Shown: piece by piece, positions 19,811 through 28,764 of the stretch
Layout: each line of letters begins with the position of its first letter
Position numbering within the stretch: the stretch's first letter is position 1
Assembly: GCF_965198245.1 (NCBI RefSeq)
Contig: NZ_OZ240249.1
Span: forward strand, 1,244,200 to 1,308,199
DNA from: Candidatus Poriferisodalis sp.
GTDB lineage: Bacteria; Actinomycetota; Acidimicrobiia; Acidimicrobiales; Poriferisodalaceae
Direction: 5' to 3'
DNA: 64,000 bases
Notes under the pieces: model-generated
The model's database searches: none
Told to the model about the DNA's origin: nothing
What the model saw: only the letters and a program-made list of their open reading frames with translations
Made by a program: the position numbers and the translations under genes

Positions 19811-20080
19811 TGCTGTACCGCCTTGCTGGCCGCATTGCCCGAACTGTGAGGAATCCGGCGCCGTTGTTGAGTCATGTTCGCTTTCGGATCAGCCTTGCGA
19901 TCTGCCCCGCTCGTATGCGGGAAGCTCGTCACGAAAGCTAACGCCCGGCTCGCACCGCAGGTTCCACGCCGTCTGCGTGAGTCCCACTGAGCCGTTCCTG
20001 TGTCTGGGTGATAGAACTTCGCCTGACTATTGCACCGGTGATCAAATTGCACTGGCTGCACCCGGCCCGGAGGCGCGACC

Positions 20081-21193
20081 GTGAACTTCGCATTCACCGA
20101 GGAGCAGGAAGAGCTCCGCAACTTTGTCCGCTCGTTCCTTGAGGAGAAGTCCCCGGAGACCGCCGTACGCGAGCTGATGGAGACCGACGACGGCTACGAC
20201 ACTGCCGTCTGGTCGCAGATGGCCGAACAGCTCGGCTTGCAGGCGCTGATCATCCCCGAGGAATACGGCGGGCAGGGCGCCAGCTACGTGGAGCTGGGCA
20301 TCGTGCTGGAAGAGATGGGCCGCAGCCTGCTGTGCTCGCCCTACTTCTCCACCGTGGTGCTGGCCGGCAACGCCATCCTGCACTCCGGCAACGAGAAGGC
20401 CAAGGAAGAGCTGCTCGCGGGCATTGCCTCCGGCGACATCATCGCCACGCTGGCCCTGGCAGAGGCCAGTGGTCGCTGGGACGCCGAGGGCGTCGAGGCG
20501 GAGGCCACCGACACAGGCGACTCGGCGACCATCACTGGCGAGAAGATGTTTGTGACCGACGGCGGCACAGCGAACTTGTTCATCGTGGCGGCCCGTTGCA
20601 ACGGCGGCATTCACCTGTTCACCGTCGAGGGCGACGCGGCCGGCCTCAGCCGGGAGAATCTCGCCACGATGGACCAGACCCGCAAGCAGGCCCGGATCTC
20701 ATTCAACAACACGCCTGGGAAGCATCTGTGCGACACCGACAACTTCGCCTACATCGACAGAGTGCTCGACCTGGCCGCTGTGGCCCTCGCGAACGAGCAG
20801 GTGGGCGGTGCGCAATTCGTGCTCGACATGGCGGTGCAGTACGCAAAGGACCGCGTGCAGTTCGGTCGTCCGATCGGTTCGTTCCAGGCCATCAAGCACA
20901 AGTGCGCCGACATGCTGCTCGAGGTCGAGTCGGCCAAGTCGGCTGCGTACTACGCCGCGTGGTGCGCCGCAGAGATGAACGACGAGCTGCCATCGGTGGC
21001 ATCGCTGGCCAAGGCGTACTGCTCGGAGGCCTACTTCCACTGTGCCGCGGAGAACATCCAGATCCACGGCGGCATCGGCTTCACCTGGGAGCACCCTGCG
21101 CACCTCTACTTCAAGCGAGCGAAGAGCTCCGAGCTGATCTTCGGCGATCCCGCATACCACCGGGAGCACCTGGCGCAGCGCATCGGCCTGTAG
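20081..21193 (+). CDS. Acyl-CoA dehydrogenase
   Basis: 370 aa, GTG start. ACAD C-terminal motifs QFGRPIGSFQAIKHKCADM and IQIHGGIGFTWEHPAHLYFKRA. Confidence 0.85.
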   Translation: MNFAFTEEQEELRNFVRSFLEEKSPETAVRELMETDDGYDTAVWSQMAEQLGLQALIIPEEYGGQGASYVELGIVLEEMGRSLLCSPYFSTVVLAGNAILHSGNEKAKEELLAGIASGDIIATLALAEASGRWDAEGVEAEATDTGDSATITGEKMFVTDGGTANLFIVAARCNGGIHLFTVEGDAAGLSRENLATMDQTRKQARISFNNTPGKHLCDTDNFAYIDRVLDLAAVALANEQVGGAQFVLDMAVQYAKDRVQFGRPIGSFQAIKHKCADMLLEVESAKSAAYYAAWCAAEMNDELPSVASLAKAYCSEAYFHCAAENIQIHGGIGFTWEHPAHLYFKRAKSSELIFGDPAYHREHLAQRIGL

Positions 21194-21260
21194 ACCCGAC
21201 AACACAGAACGCAACGCGGCCGGTGCGCCGCATGACACGCTTGAGGCCGAGGAGGCATCG

Positions 21261-21716
21261 GTGATCGTCACGGTCATCGTCATCTCATTGGTGATCGGCT
21301 TCGTCGTTGCCGCGGGCGTGGTCGGCACGCAGGCGCAGCGGCTTGGCCGCCAGCGACGGGAGCCGGTGTGGCGTCTCGCCGAGGCAGCGGAGTTCGTCTC
21401 CGATCTGCTGCCGTTCGACATCGCTGCCTCGCTGGACGCCGACGAGCTTGAAGCGCTGCTTCGGCAGCATCTCAATCAGCTGCAGTTCGGTCCCGCTGAG
21501 TCGGCTGGCGTCGCGGCAGGCGACACCGACGGGACTGCCAGTGACGGGAGCACGACGATCACCGAGGATCGTTCGTCTGCGGCCGACCTGTACCGCTCCG
21601 CCCGTCGCGATGGCCTCGAAGTGACGCTCGAACAGGTCTACGCCGTCGTGGACGCGCACCTGGAATACCTGCGCCGGATCGGCGCCCTCGCCGCCGTCTC
21701 CCCCAACGGCAGGTGA
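21261..21716 (+). CDS. Hypothetical membrane-anchored protein
   Basis: N-terminal TM helix (IVTVIVISLVIGFVVAAGVVG) followed by an acidic soluble domain. No family recognised. Confidence 0.5.
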   Translation: MIVTVIVISLVIGFVVAAGVVGTQAQRLGRQRREPVWRLAEAAEFVSDLLPFDIAASLDADELEALLRQHLNQLQFGPAESAGVAAGDTDGTASDGSTTITEDRSSAADLYRSARRDGLEVTLEQVYAVVDAHLEYLRRIGALAAVSPNGR

Positions 21717-21800
21717 GCCTTGGGCCGAATCTCTCCCGTTCGGGCCACGTTGGCCACGGCTCGGGTGAGGGGAGCGTCCGCTGGACGGCAGAATGTGAAC

Positions 21801-22022
21801 ATGGACATCCCGAGGGAGCTCGCCGGCTGTCGATTCGTCGGCGACAAGCGCAACCAGATCGTCTACGACATGGAAGTGGCGTCCGACGATCCCGCCGTTG
21901 ACGAACAGCTGGCTGCGGCCGTCGCCGACATCGTGACGGCGCAGTCCTACGCCACTTTCGGACCCGACGAGCTGCCTGAAGCGCGCAACCGCGGCTATCG
22001 CCTTTCGCGGCTCTGTGGCTAG
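21801..22022 (+). CDS. Small hypothetical protein
   Basis: Internal ATG of ORF 21720..22022 (MDIPRELAGCRFVGDKRNQIVYDM). Fills the gap between neighbouring genes. No family recognised. Confidence 0.35.
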   Translation: MDIPRELAGCRFVGDKRNQIVYDMEVASDDPAVDEQLAAAVADIVTAQSYATFGPDELPEARNRGYRLSRLCG

Positions 22023-22057
22023 GAGTCGCCGATGCTCCCCCCTACAGCGCTGCCGTC

Positions 22058-22849
22058 GTGCCGCCCCGGTCGAAACGCAGCGCGGTGAGCACCACCGTCA
22101 CCGAGATCACGATCGAGGGCAGCCCGCATCTTGCGGCGTTGATGGTTCGGCCGTCACGCTCGACGGGAAGCGGACCGGCGGTGTTGCTGTGTCATGGGTT
22201 CCCCTCCAAGCAGCGACCTGGCATACCGAACCGCACGTACCAGCTCTTCGCGGAGCGCATTGCCGAAGCGCAGGGCTGGACGGTGCTCGCGGTCAGCATG
22301 CGAGGCTGCGGCGAGTCCGACGGCGACTTTTCCCTGCTCGGATGGATCGACGATGTCGGGCGCTCGATCGAGCACGTCTTGGAAGACGGCTGCCGCGGTG
22401 TGTGGCTGGTGGGCTCCACGACCGGAGGCTCGGTGGCCATCCTTGCTGCTGCACGCGACCCCCGGGTGCGCGGCGTGGCAGCCATGGCGCCGAGGGCCGA
22501 CTTCGACGACTGGGCAGGCGACCCCAAAGCTTTCCTGGCGCACTGCCGCAATGTCGGTGTCATCAGGTCCGAGGACTTCCCGCGCTCGCCAAGCACGTGG
22601 AACCGTGAGTTGAAGCAGAACAGGGCGGTGGACGCAGTGCAGCGACTTACCGACCGGCCGCTGCTGATCCTGCACGGCATCAATGACCGGCAGGTGCCCT
22701 ACGAGGAGGCCCGCCACCTGGCGGAGCAGCATCCCAGTGCAGAGCTGCGCCTCATCGCGGGGGCAGATCACCGCATCCGCCACGACCCCCGAGCCGTCGC
22801 CATCCTGCTGGGCTGGCTGGAACACCAGGCTGCTGCCCGGTACGCCTAG
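22058..22849 (+). CDS. Alpha/beta hydrolase (dienelactone hydrolase / BAAT-like)
   Basis: 263 aa. LLCHGFPS, nucleophile elbow LVGSTTGGSVA, C-terminal ILHGINDRQVP and GADHR (Asp/His of the triad). Confidence 0.75.
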   Translation: MPPRSKRSAVSTTVTEITIEGSPHLAALMVRPSRSTGSGPAVLLCHGFPSKQRPGIPNRTYQLFAERIAEAQGWTVLAVSMRGCGESDGDFSLLGWIDDVGRSIEHVLEDGCRGVWLVGSTTGGSVAILAAARDPRVRGVAAMAPRADFDDWAGDPKAFLAHCRNVGVIRSEDFPRSPSTWNRELKQNRAVDAVQRLTDRPLLILHGINDRQVPYEEARHLAEQHPSAELRLIAGADHRIRHDPRAVAILLGWLEHQAAARYA

Positions 22850-23097
22850 GGGACCTCGCGACCTGCTGCATCGGGGTGGCGGGCGATCATCATGTTGGCG
22901 ATGGAGCGCACCACCGTGGTGCCGTCCTGGTTGACGAGTGCGTGGGTCATCTTGATGATGCCGCGGTCGGGTTTGGAGCGGCTCGGGCGAAGCTCCAGAA
23001 TCTCGATCACGATTGTGAGACGGTCGCCTGGGTGCACCGGTGCCAGCCAGCGCAACTCGTCGAGGCCGGGCGAACCCATGCTTGACGGCCCCAGCAC
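22846..23097 (-). pseudogene. 3'-terminal fragment (last ~72 codons) of a MaoC-like dehydratase gene. Duplicate of the 3' end of 32703..33179 and left boundary of the island.
   Basis: 63/72 aligned residues are identical to aa 85-156 of the intact gene. It lacks the N-terminal 84 codons, including the hot-dog helix. DNA copies are 22879..23094 and 32712..32927. Confidence 0.8.
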
Positions 23098-23283
23098 GTG
23101 ATCTCCCTCGGCGCGCGGACCGCGCAGGTTTGATTCTGACCAGCGGAAACCGAAATGAACGTGTCGTCAGAGCGACGGCGAAACCGAGGAAACCCCGGCA
23201 GGAGCAGCAATTCTCCGTTCAGTTCGCCGTGGGGGGTGCGGCCGCGATTTCTGATCCGAGAGCCCTTCTGCGGCCACTCAGTT

Positions 23284-23652
23284 TCACCAGATTGGCAAGT
23301 CTCGGACCCGAATCCTCGTGGGACTGAGCGAGACGACAGCGCCGGCTTCCAGTGCCTCCGCCAAGACCGGGAGGCTCTCCACAAGCAGAGCCGCATGCGC
23401 ATCCGGCGACTGGTGAGACACGCCTCGCAAGTGGATGACTGAAGGACTCACCGAGCGGCGCCGAAACAGGAGTGCTCCGAAATCCGAATCAGACGTGGCC
23501 ACGACGTACCCATGCTCCGCAGCCCATTCCAGGATGGTCTCATCCGCTGCGGTAAGCATGTCCACGTCGCCGACATGGAGGGTTTCATGGCCGCCAGCCC
23601 TGAGTGCTCCTGCGACTCGTGGAGACAGGTTGGCGTCGAGGAGGATTCTCAC
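23284..23652 (-). CDS. DUF5615-family PIN-like (Mut7-C-type) putative toxin
   Basis: MRILLDANLSPRVAGALRAGGHETLHVGDVDMLTAADETILEWAAEHGYVVATSDSDF is the typical DUF5615 N-terminus. 4-nt overlap with the upstream DUF433 gene. Confidence 0.7.
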   Translation of the reverse strand: MRILLDANLSPRVAGALRAGGHETLHVGDVDMLTAADETILEWAAEHGYVVATSDSDFGALLFRRRSVSPSVIHLRGVSHQSPDAHAALLVESLPVLAEALEAGAVVSLSPTRIRVRDLPIW

Positions 23653-23885
23653 GCAGACAGGGAAGCGGAGAGTTCTCTCTCGCTGACCCGGGCGGCGGCA
23701 AACTCAAGTGCCGCCGTGATGTCGTCCGTCTCGAGATACGGATAGTCGGATAGCAACTCCTCACGGGTCCTGCCAGCGGCAAGCTGTCCCAGCACCGTTG
23801 CAACGGTCACCCGCAGATCCCTGATGCAGGGCAGACCGCCCATGCGGTGAGGATCAACAGTGATCCGGTCCAAGAGCACGGCCAC
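23649..23885 (-). CDS. DUF433-family putative antitoxin
   Basis: 78 aa. ITVDPHRMGGLPCIRDLRVTVATVLGQLAAGRTREELLSDYPYLETDDITAAL matches the DUF433 pattern. Confidence 0.7.
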   Translation of the reverse strand: MAVLLDRITVDPHRMGGLPCIRDLRVTVATVLGQLAAGRTREELLSDYPYLETDDITAALEFAAARVSERELSASLSA

Positions 23886-23969
23886 AGGCTAATCCGCGCA
23901 CGCCCGAAGCACTGCCAGCAATGCTGTCGTGAGATTGCTGGCTGTTCTGCCGTGATTCTGAGCCAACTT

Positions 23970-24075
23970 CTACCGTGAAATCGGCTAACAGGTTCTCGTC
24001 CGCTGCGAACAGCATGTCCACCTGACCGACATGCATCGCCTCGTGGCAGTTAGCACGGGCCCCCTGTTCTCGCGT
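23970..24075 (-). pseudogene. Decayed remnant of a second DUF5615-type toxin gene
   Basis: Minus-strand translation NCHEAMHVGQVDMLFAADENLL parallels GGHETLHVGDVDMLTAADETIL of 23284..23652. The DNA is also visibly similar (about 23990-24045 vs 23555-23600). There is no intact N-terminus or partner antitoxin. Confidence 0.5.
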
Positions 24076-24228
24076 CGGACTTCGTCGGCGCTGGCCCTCA
24101 GTGCGTGGCTTCGGACCAACCATCGGGCCCCCGTCACCTGTCCGGTACGTCTAACCGACCACCCGGCTTGGAGTCCATGGTCGCATTCTCGCCCACTCCA
24201 CGCCGCCAAGAACTTCAAGGACAATGAG

Positions 24229-27200
24229 TCATGACGCGTACGCAAGCAGAGCATCGAGGACTCTGAATGCTTCACCGCGAACCAGTTCGTCGTGATGAGC
24301 CTGATTGCGGTAGGTCCGCAGGCAGCCATAGCAACTCGCTTTCAGGGCGCACGCGCAATCGCCGACGATTTTCCTTGCCTGATCCGTGAGTTGCGCGAGT
24401 TCCTCACGAATCAGGCGGACGTAGCCGGCGCCGCCCGGCACCGAGTCGAAGATGATCAACGCAGTGCCGCCGCCATCAGGAAGAGGACGCAGTGTTCCGT
24501 CGACGTCATCGGTGGGAATGCCGAGCACCGGGGTTGCGGCAAGCAACGATTGCAGGGTGCTGCGCGCTTCGATTCGGCTAAGCGGCCTCTTCAAGTCAAG
24601 TTCGAGTACGTCGGTCAGAAAAGTATGTCCAAGGTCAAGAACGCGCGGTCGTCCGCTGCATTCTCGTTGAGAACCAGGCCTGTTGTGGGTTCTCGGAGGC
24701 TTCTTTCGGTCTTGGTTGACGAGTGGTTCTCCATACCCGCACGTCAGACACATTCGAAAGCCTCGTGATGCCGGTCCAGCGTTGATGGCGGTGATCTGTC
24801 CCTGCCGACTGAAGCGAGCACCGATCGTGACGTTTTCTATCGGTGCCTGCTCCCACGGGGGCTGTTCCCCTTCGTAGTCACTGAAGAACGAACGTGCCCA
24901 ACCCGCTCGAGGCGGCCGGGTCTCCCCAGGCTGTTCCCGACTCCTGTAGCCGATGAAACCGAATTGCGGTACGACGAATTGCCGCTCGGCGATTGGGTTG
25001 CTGCAGGCACTGCACGGTGGCGCGAGGTGATGATCCTCGGCATCGAAATCGCGTCGTACACGAAAATCGCCGCACTTCTGACACTCGGAGTAGGAGCGTG
25101 CATAGAGTGCCCGACCCGGCGGGGCTCGCAATCCGTCGGATTCCCAGATGGCCTTCTTCGCCACCACCTTGGAACCTGGTGCGTACTCGGTGATGCCCCA
25201 GCGCAGGTCTCTGTTGAGATCGAGCGCTCCGGCGTCACGGTCGCCGTCGCGCCAAAGATCCAGTACGGCGACGTCGACCGGGAACCCGTACTTGGGCAGA
25301 ACAACGCGCGTCGCCAAGTAGTCAATCAATGGTCGCTTCTCCAAGGTGGCTTGGACCCGCCTCAGGGCACCTCGGCGGTGGGCTTGCTTGGACGCGGCGT
25401 CGCTATGTCCTTGGTTGGACAATTGGCGCTCTTGTTGGTCTGCGTCTTCGATTGCACGTTCGATCTCTGCCAGATCCTCTCGAATCGATTCAGCGGCGCG
25501 CCTGAGCGAGCCAGCGGGTTCGTCGGCTTGGTTACCAGTAGTGCCTGCGGTCAAGTGGTCGACCCATTCCCACGTCTGAACACCGAGTTCTGGGGCCACA
25601 GCCTCCGGCGTAATGCGAGCTATCGCCCGTCCGAGTTCCTCCGGATATGAACGCAGCCAGTCGACAAATTCGTCGACCGCAGCCGGTCGGCCATCTGTGG
25701 GGCGAAAGAACGACGCCACATCCCTGTGCGGTTCGCGCCCCGTGGTCGCGATGCGGCGCTCGAATGCCGCGAACGCCACGGCGTGAATATGCCGTCGCAC
25801 AATCTGCGAATTCCGTAGCGACACGATCGGCACCTCGACGTGTCCGTCGATGAGACGCTGAGGCTCTCTGAAGTGATGGAGGTCGTGGCTGCGGCGCTGC
25901 GCGAATGTGACAACCAAGGCCGACTTGCCGGCTCGCCGGCCGGCCCGGCCGGCCCTCTGCACATAGTTGGCCGGCGTCGGCGGTACGTTGCGCATCAATA
26001 CCGCCTGCACGTCGCCGACATCGACGCCAAGTTCGAACGTCGTCGTGCAGCTCAGAGCGTTTATCCGGCCATCGAGGAAGTCCTGCTGATATGTGCGGGC
26101 TTGGTCGGCTGAGAGCTGACCTGTGTGCTCTTGAACGCTCATGCCCGAAGGAACCAGCGTCGTGTAGAGCCGCCCATAGTGATCGGAGGCAGACAAGTCG
26201 ACATCGGTCACGGGACGCAGCGAACCCGCGCACTGCCAAGTGGGACATACGTCGTTCACACTTCGCCATGCAACCTGCCGACAGGTACGGCACACATAGG
26301 CGGGATGTCCTTCTCGGGCTGGCACGAACCGGATCCACTCGGGGTCGATTGCGAAGGTGTGTCCCGTTTGTCTTCCGCTGCGGGACGGGAATGCCTTGTC
26401 CCAACCGCTGCCCCGGTCGGTGAGCCATCTCCATAGGCCGTCGAGAATCACCCGCTCGTCGGCCACTGCACCGCGACGGTCCAGGACCTTGTGCAGGTAA
26501 TCCATGCGACGATTCGTGCCACGGGTGGGCAGCCATGACAGCACCTTCCCGGCGCTGCCTTCCGCGCGAACCGTGGTCACGACGTTTCGCGGAGCGAACA
26601 CCTGCTCATCGATGCTCACGCCGTCAGGCAGCCAGACAGCGGCCTGCATTCGCAATGTGTCCAGCAAGACCGCCACGATGTCGAATACCTCGGCATCGCT
26701 GAAACCGAGCTGTCTCAGAGGCTCGGGCGGTCGAGCGCGTCGCGGCACGGCGACAGTGATCTCGCCGAGCCCGCTGCCGTCGAGGCTTTGACGACGATCT
26801 GTCGCCAATACCTCGGCCATCAGCCACGTTCGCACTTGTCGCCGCTTGGAGTCGCCGCTGGCATCTGGGTCGAGAACAAGATGGTCTTCTGCGAGCCTCT
26901 GGATAGGCAACACGAGATCGTCGAACCGCAAGTCGTCATCGCTGTCCCGGTCAATTGCCAGCCAGATCATCCGGCGCTGGACGGCGCGGGCGTAGGTGCG
27001 TTCGAGGTACGGCGCGAAGAAGGCCGCGTCTTGGCGGCTGTCCGCAAACATCAGCAGCTTGCGACCCTCGCCGATCTCAGGCACGACACCAGCCGGGATG
27101 TCTCCGGGCGGCAGCGCCTGATACAGGCTGGTTGCGGCCACTGCGACGGGCGCGTCTTGCCCGGTGAAGAAGCGCAGCACGATCTGGCCGTTCGTGCGCC

Positions 27201-28764
27201 CGGAACAAGTGGGACATCGGCGGAGCGGGTCATTTGGGCGCTTGGGCTTGGCGAAGACGATTCGTTCTGAGGCACCGGTCGCTCCGCAAGGACAACGTTC
27301 CTCCCCTGAGTCGCTCAGGCGACCGCAAGCAGTACAGACATGTCGGTAGTCGACCTCAGCCTCCACCTCTTCGTCGTCGACAACAGCGGCCTCGTCCTCG
27401 TCGTCGGTTTCGAGTTGTCGGCCGATCAGCAGGTAGGCCAGATTGGTTCGCTGCGGCGGTGCTTGGACCAGCCGGTCCGAGTGCTCAGGTTCTGCGGCAT
27501 CGATAGTGGCATCTTGGAGACTTCCCACGAGGAAACCCGCACCACAGCGAACGCAAAGGCCGAGTTCGAACATCTGCGAGTCGACACCGCTGTCGTCACA
27601 GCTCGGGCAGGTGTGATGTCGCTCAAGTTGCACCCTCGGTGTCGCGGGGTCGTGTGCCGGTGATCGGCACACGAAGGCGCCTTCTAGAGCCCGCAGCATG
27701 TAATGGAAGCGAGCTGGTGCATCGGTATCCGGCTCATCGACGGACGGTGTCACGATGTCCTGTCGCGCAGATTCGGTTTCGTGGTGCTCGATCAGCTCAC
27801 CAAACAGATCGGAGGCGAATCTCGCGATTCGGGACGAGGCACCCGTGCCGGTACCGAGCGTCGCAGAGGTGCCAACGAACTGCAGGCGACCGGGCTGGCT
27901 TTGCACCACGCGGTCGCGCAGACGCCGCAGCAGCATGGCGATTTCAGCGCCACGCGCGCCGTTGTATACGTGCATCTCGTCGAGCACGATCCAGCGCCAA
28001 TGCTCTCCGGTCGGGCCGTCGAACAGTGTCGTATCAACGGGCCGCAGCAGCAGATACTCGAGCATTGCGTAGTTCGTGAGCAGAATGTGGGGCGGGCGCT
28101 CTCGCATCTCTTCCCTCGACACAAGTTCGCCGTTATCGGGGTCAGCGCCCGTAGCGCCACGATGTGCTTCTACGCCCTCGCGGTGCCGCTCTCGCGTTGC
28201 GCCGATATACCGCCCGAACGTGATCTGGGGAAAGGGCCGCAGTAGATCGCGTAAGCGCTGCATCTGATCGTTGGCGAGCGCATTCATCGGGTAGAGCAAC
28301 AACGCTCGCACCCCGGGTTGACTCAGCGTCCCGGCATCGCCTTCGGTAAGGAGTTGATGCAGAATCGGGAAGAGATAGCACTCGGTCTTACCCGATCCCG
28401 TGCCAGTCGCGATGACTAGATTGCGACGCGCCACAGCCTTGCGCAGAGCGCCTTCCTGATGCTGATACAGAGGTCGCGCTGGCGGGAACACGCCCGGGTC
28501 CAGTTGAGTGAAGCGCTCATGCAGCAGCCCTGTCGAGACAAGATCACTCAGCGAGGCGCCGGTGGCATAAGCGGGAGTCGGTTGACGAAATGGGCCCTTC
28601 TCGCTCTGGAATCGCTCGTCCAGAGCAAGATGAACTTCTGCGCGCAGCGACGCGTCGGCCGGCGAGTAGCGGGTCTTCAAGTAGCGCCGATACGACTCGC
28701 CGATGCTCTTCGCAGCGGCGGCAGGATCGAATCCTGCTGCGTCGGAGTTGCGGTACTCAGTCAC
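24229..28764 (-). CDS. Large (1511 aa) SF2 DExH-box helicase with a multi-Zn-ribbon insert between the RecA lobes and a C-terminal DUF1998 (MrfA-type Zn-binding) domain. DruE/DrmA+DrmB-like.
   Basis: Motif Q/I YQHQ...ATGTGSGKTE, motif II DEMH, motif III TSATLG, motifs V-VI TTTFELGVDVGD and QRAGRAGRR. CxxC pairs (HHTCPSCDD..CVRCG, CTACG..CPCG, CPTCSG) lie between the lobes. C-terminus CLTCGYGE ... CACALKASCYGCLRTYRNQAHHDELVRGEA is the DUF1998 signature. Confidence 0.85.
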   Translation of the reverse strand: MTEYRNSDAAGFDPAAAAKSIGESYRRYLKTRYSPADASLRAEVHLALDERFQSEKGPFRQPTPAYATGASLSDLVSTGLLHERFTQLDPGVFPPARPLYQHQEGALRKAVARRNLVIATGTGSGKTECYLFPILHQLLTEGDAGTLSQPGVRALLLYPMNALANDQMQRLRDLLRPFPQITFGRYIGATRERHREGVEAHRGATGADPDNGELVSREEMRERPPHILLTNYAMLEYLLLRPVDTTLFDGPTGEHWRWIVLDEMHVYNGARGAEIAMLLRRLRDRVVQSQPGRLQFVGTSATLGTGTGASSRIARFASDLFGELIEHHETESARQDIVTPSVDEPDTDAPARFHYMLRALEGAFVCRSPAHDPATPRVQLERHHTCPSCDDSGVDSQMFELGLCVRCGAGFLVGSLQDATIDAAEPEHSDRLVQAPPQRTNLAYLLIGRQLETDDEDEAAVVDDEEVEAEVDYRHVCTACGRLSDSGEERCPCGATGASERIVFAKPKRPNDPLRRCPTCSGRTNGQIVLRFFTGQDAPVAVAATSLYQALPPGDIPAGVVPEIGEGRKLLMFADSRQDAAFFAPYLERTYARAVQRRMIWLAIDRDSDDDLRFDDLVLPIQRLAEDHLVLDPDASGDSKRRQVRTWLMAEVLATDRRQSLDGSGLGEITVAVPRRARPPEPLRQLGFSDAEVFDIVAVLLDTLRMQAAVWLPDGVSIDEQVFAPRNVVTTVRAEGSAGKVLSWLPTRGTNRRMDYLHKVLDRRGAVADERVILDGLWRWLTDRGSGWDKAFPSRSGRQTGHTFAIDPEWIRFVPAREGHPAYVCRTCRQVAWRSVNDVCPTWQCAGSLRPVTDVDLSASDHYGRLYTTLVPSGMSVQEHTGQLSADQARTYQQDFLDGRINALSCTTTFELGVDVGDVQAVLMRNVPPTPANYVQRAGRAGRRAGKSALVVTFAQRRSHDLHHFREPQRLIDGHVEVPIVSLRNSQIVRRHIHAVAFAAFERRIATTGREPHRDVASFFRPTDGRPAAVDEFVDWLRSYPEELGRAIARITPEAVAPELGVQTWEWVDHLTAGTTGNQADEPAGSLRRAAESIREDLAEIERAIEDADQQERQLSNQGHSDAASKQAHRRGALRRVQATLEKRPLIDYLATRVVLPKYGFPVDVAVLDLWRDGDRDAGALDLNRDLRWGITEYAPGSKVVAKKAIWESDGLRAPPGRALYARSYSECQKCGDFRVRRDFDAEDHHLAPPCSACSNPIAERQFVVPQFGFIGYRSREQPGETRPPRAGWARSFFSDYEGEQPPWEQAPIENVTIGARFSRQGQITAINAGPASRGFRMCLTCGYGEPLVNQDRKKPPRTHNRPGSQRECSGRPRVLDLGHTFLTDVLELDLKRPLSRIEARSTLQSLLAATPVLGIPTDDVDGTLRPLPDGGGTALIIFDSVPGGAGYVRLIREELAQLTDQARKIVGDCACALKASCYGCLRTYRNQAHHDELVRGEAFRVLDALLAYAS

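Noticed and set aside
19811-20080. Direct ATTGCAC repeats and weak palindromes in the 270-bp divergent region between the Mo-oxidoreductase and the acyl-CoA dehydrogenase
   Set aside because: The repeats are short and imperfect. No regulator gene is adjacent and I cannot tell them apart from chance.
23098-23283. Searched the left island junction (and 43131..43229) for a tRNA/tmRNA gene as the integration target
   Set aside because: I could find no T-loop (GGTTCGAATCC-like) or cloverleaf-compatible sequence. The duplicated target is the maoC-like 3' end instead.
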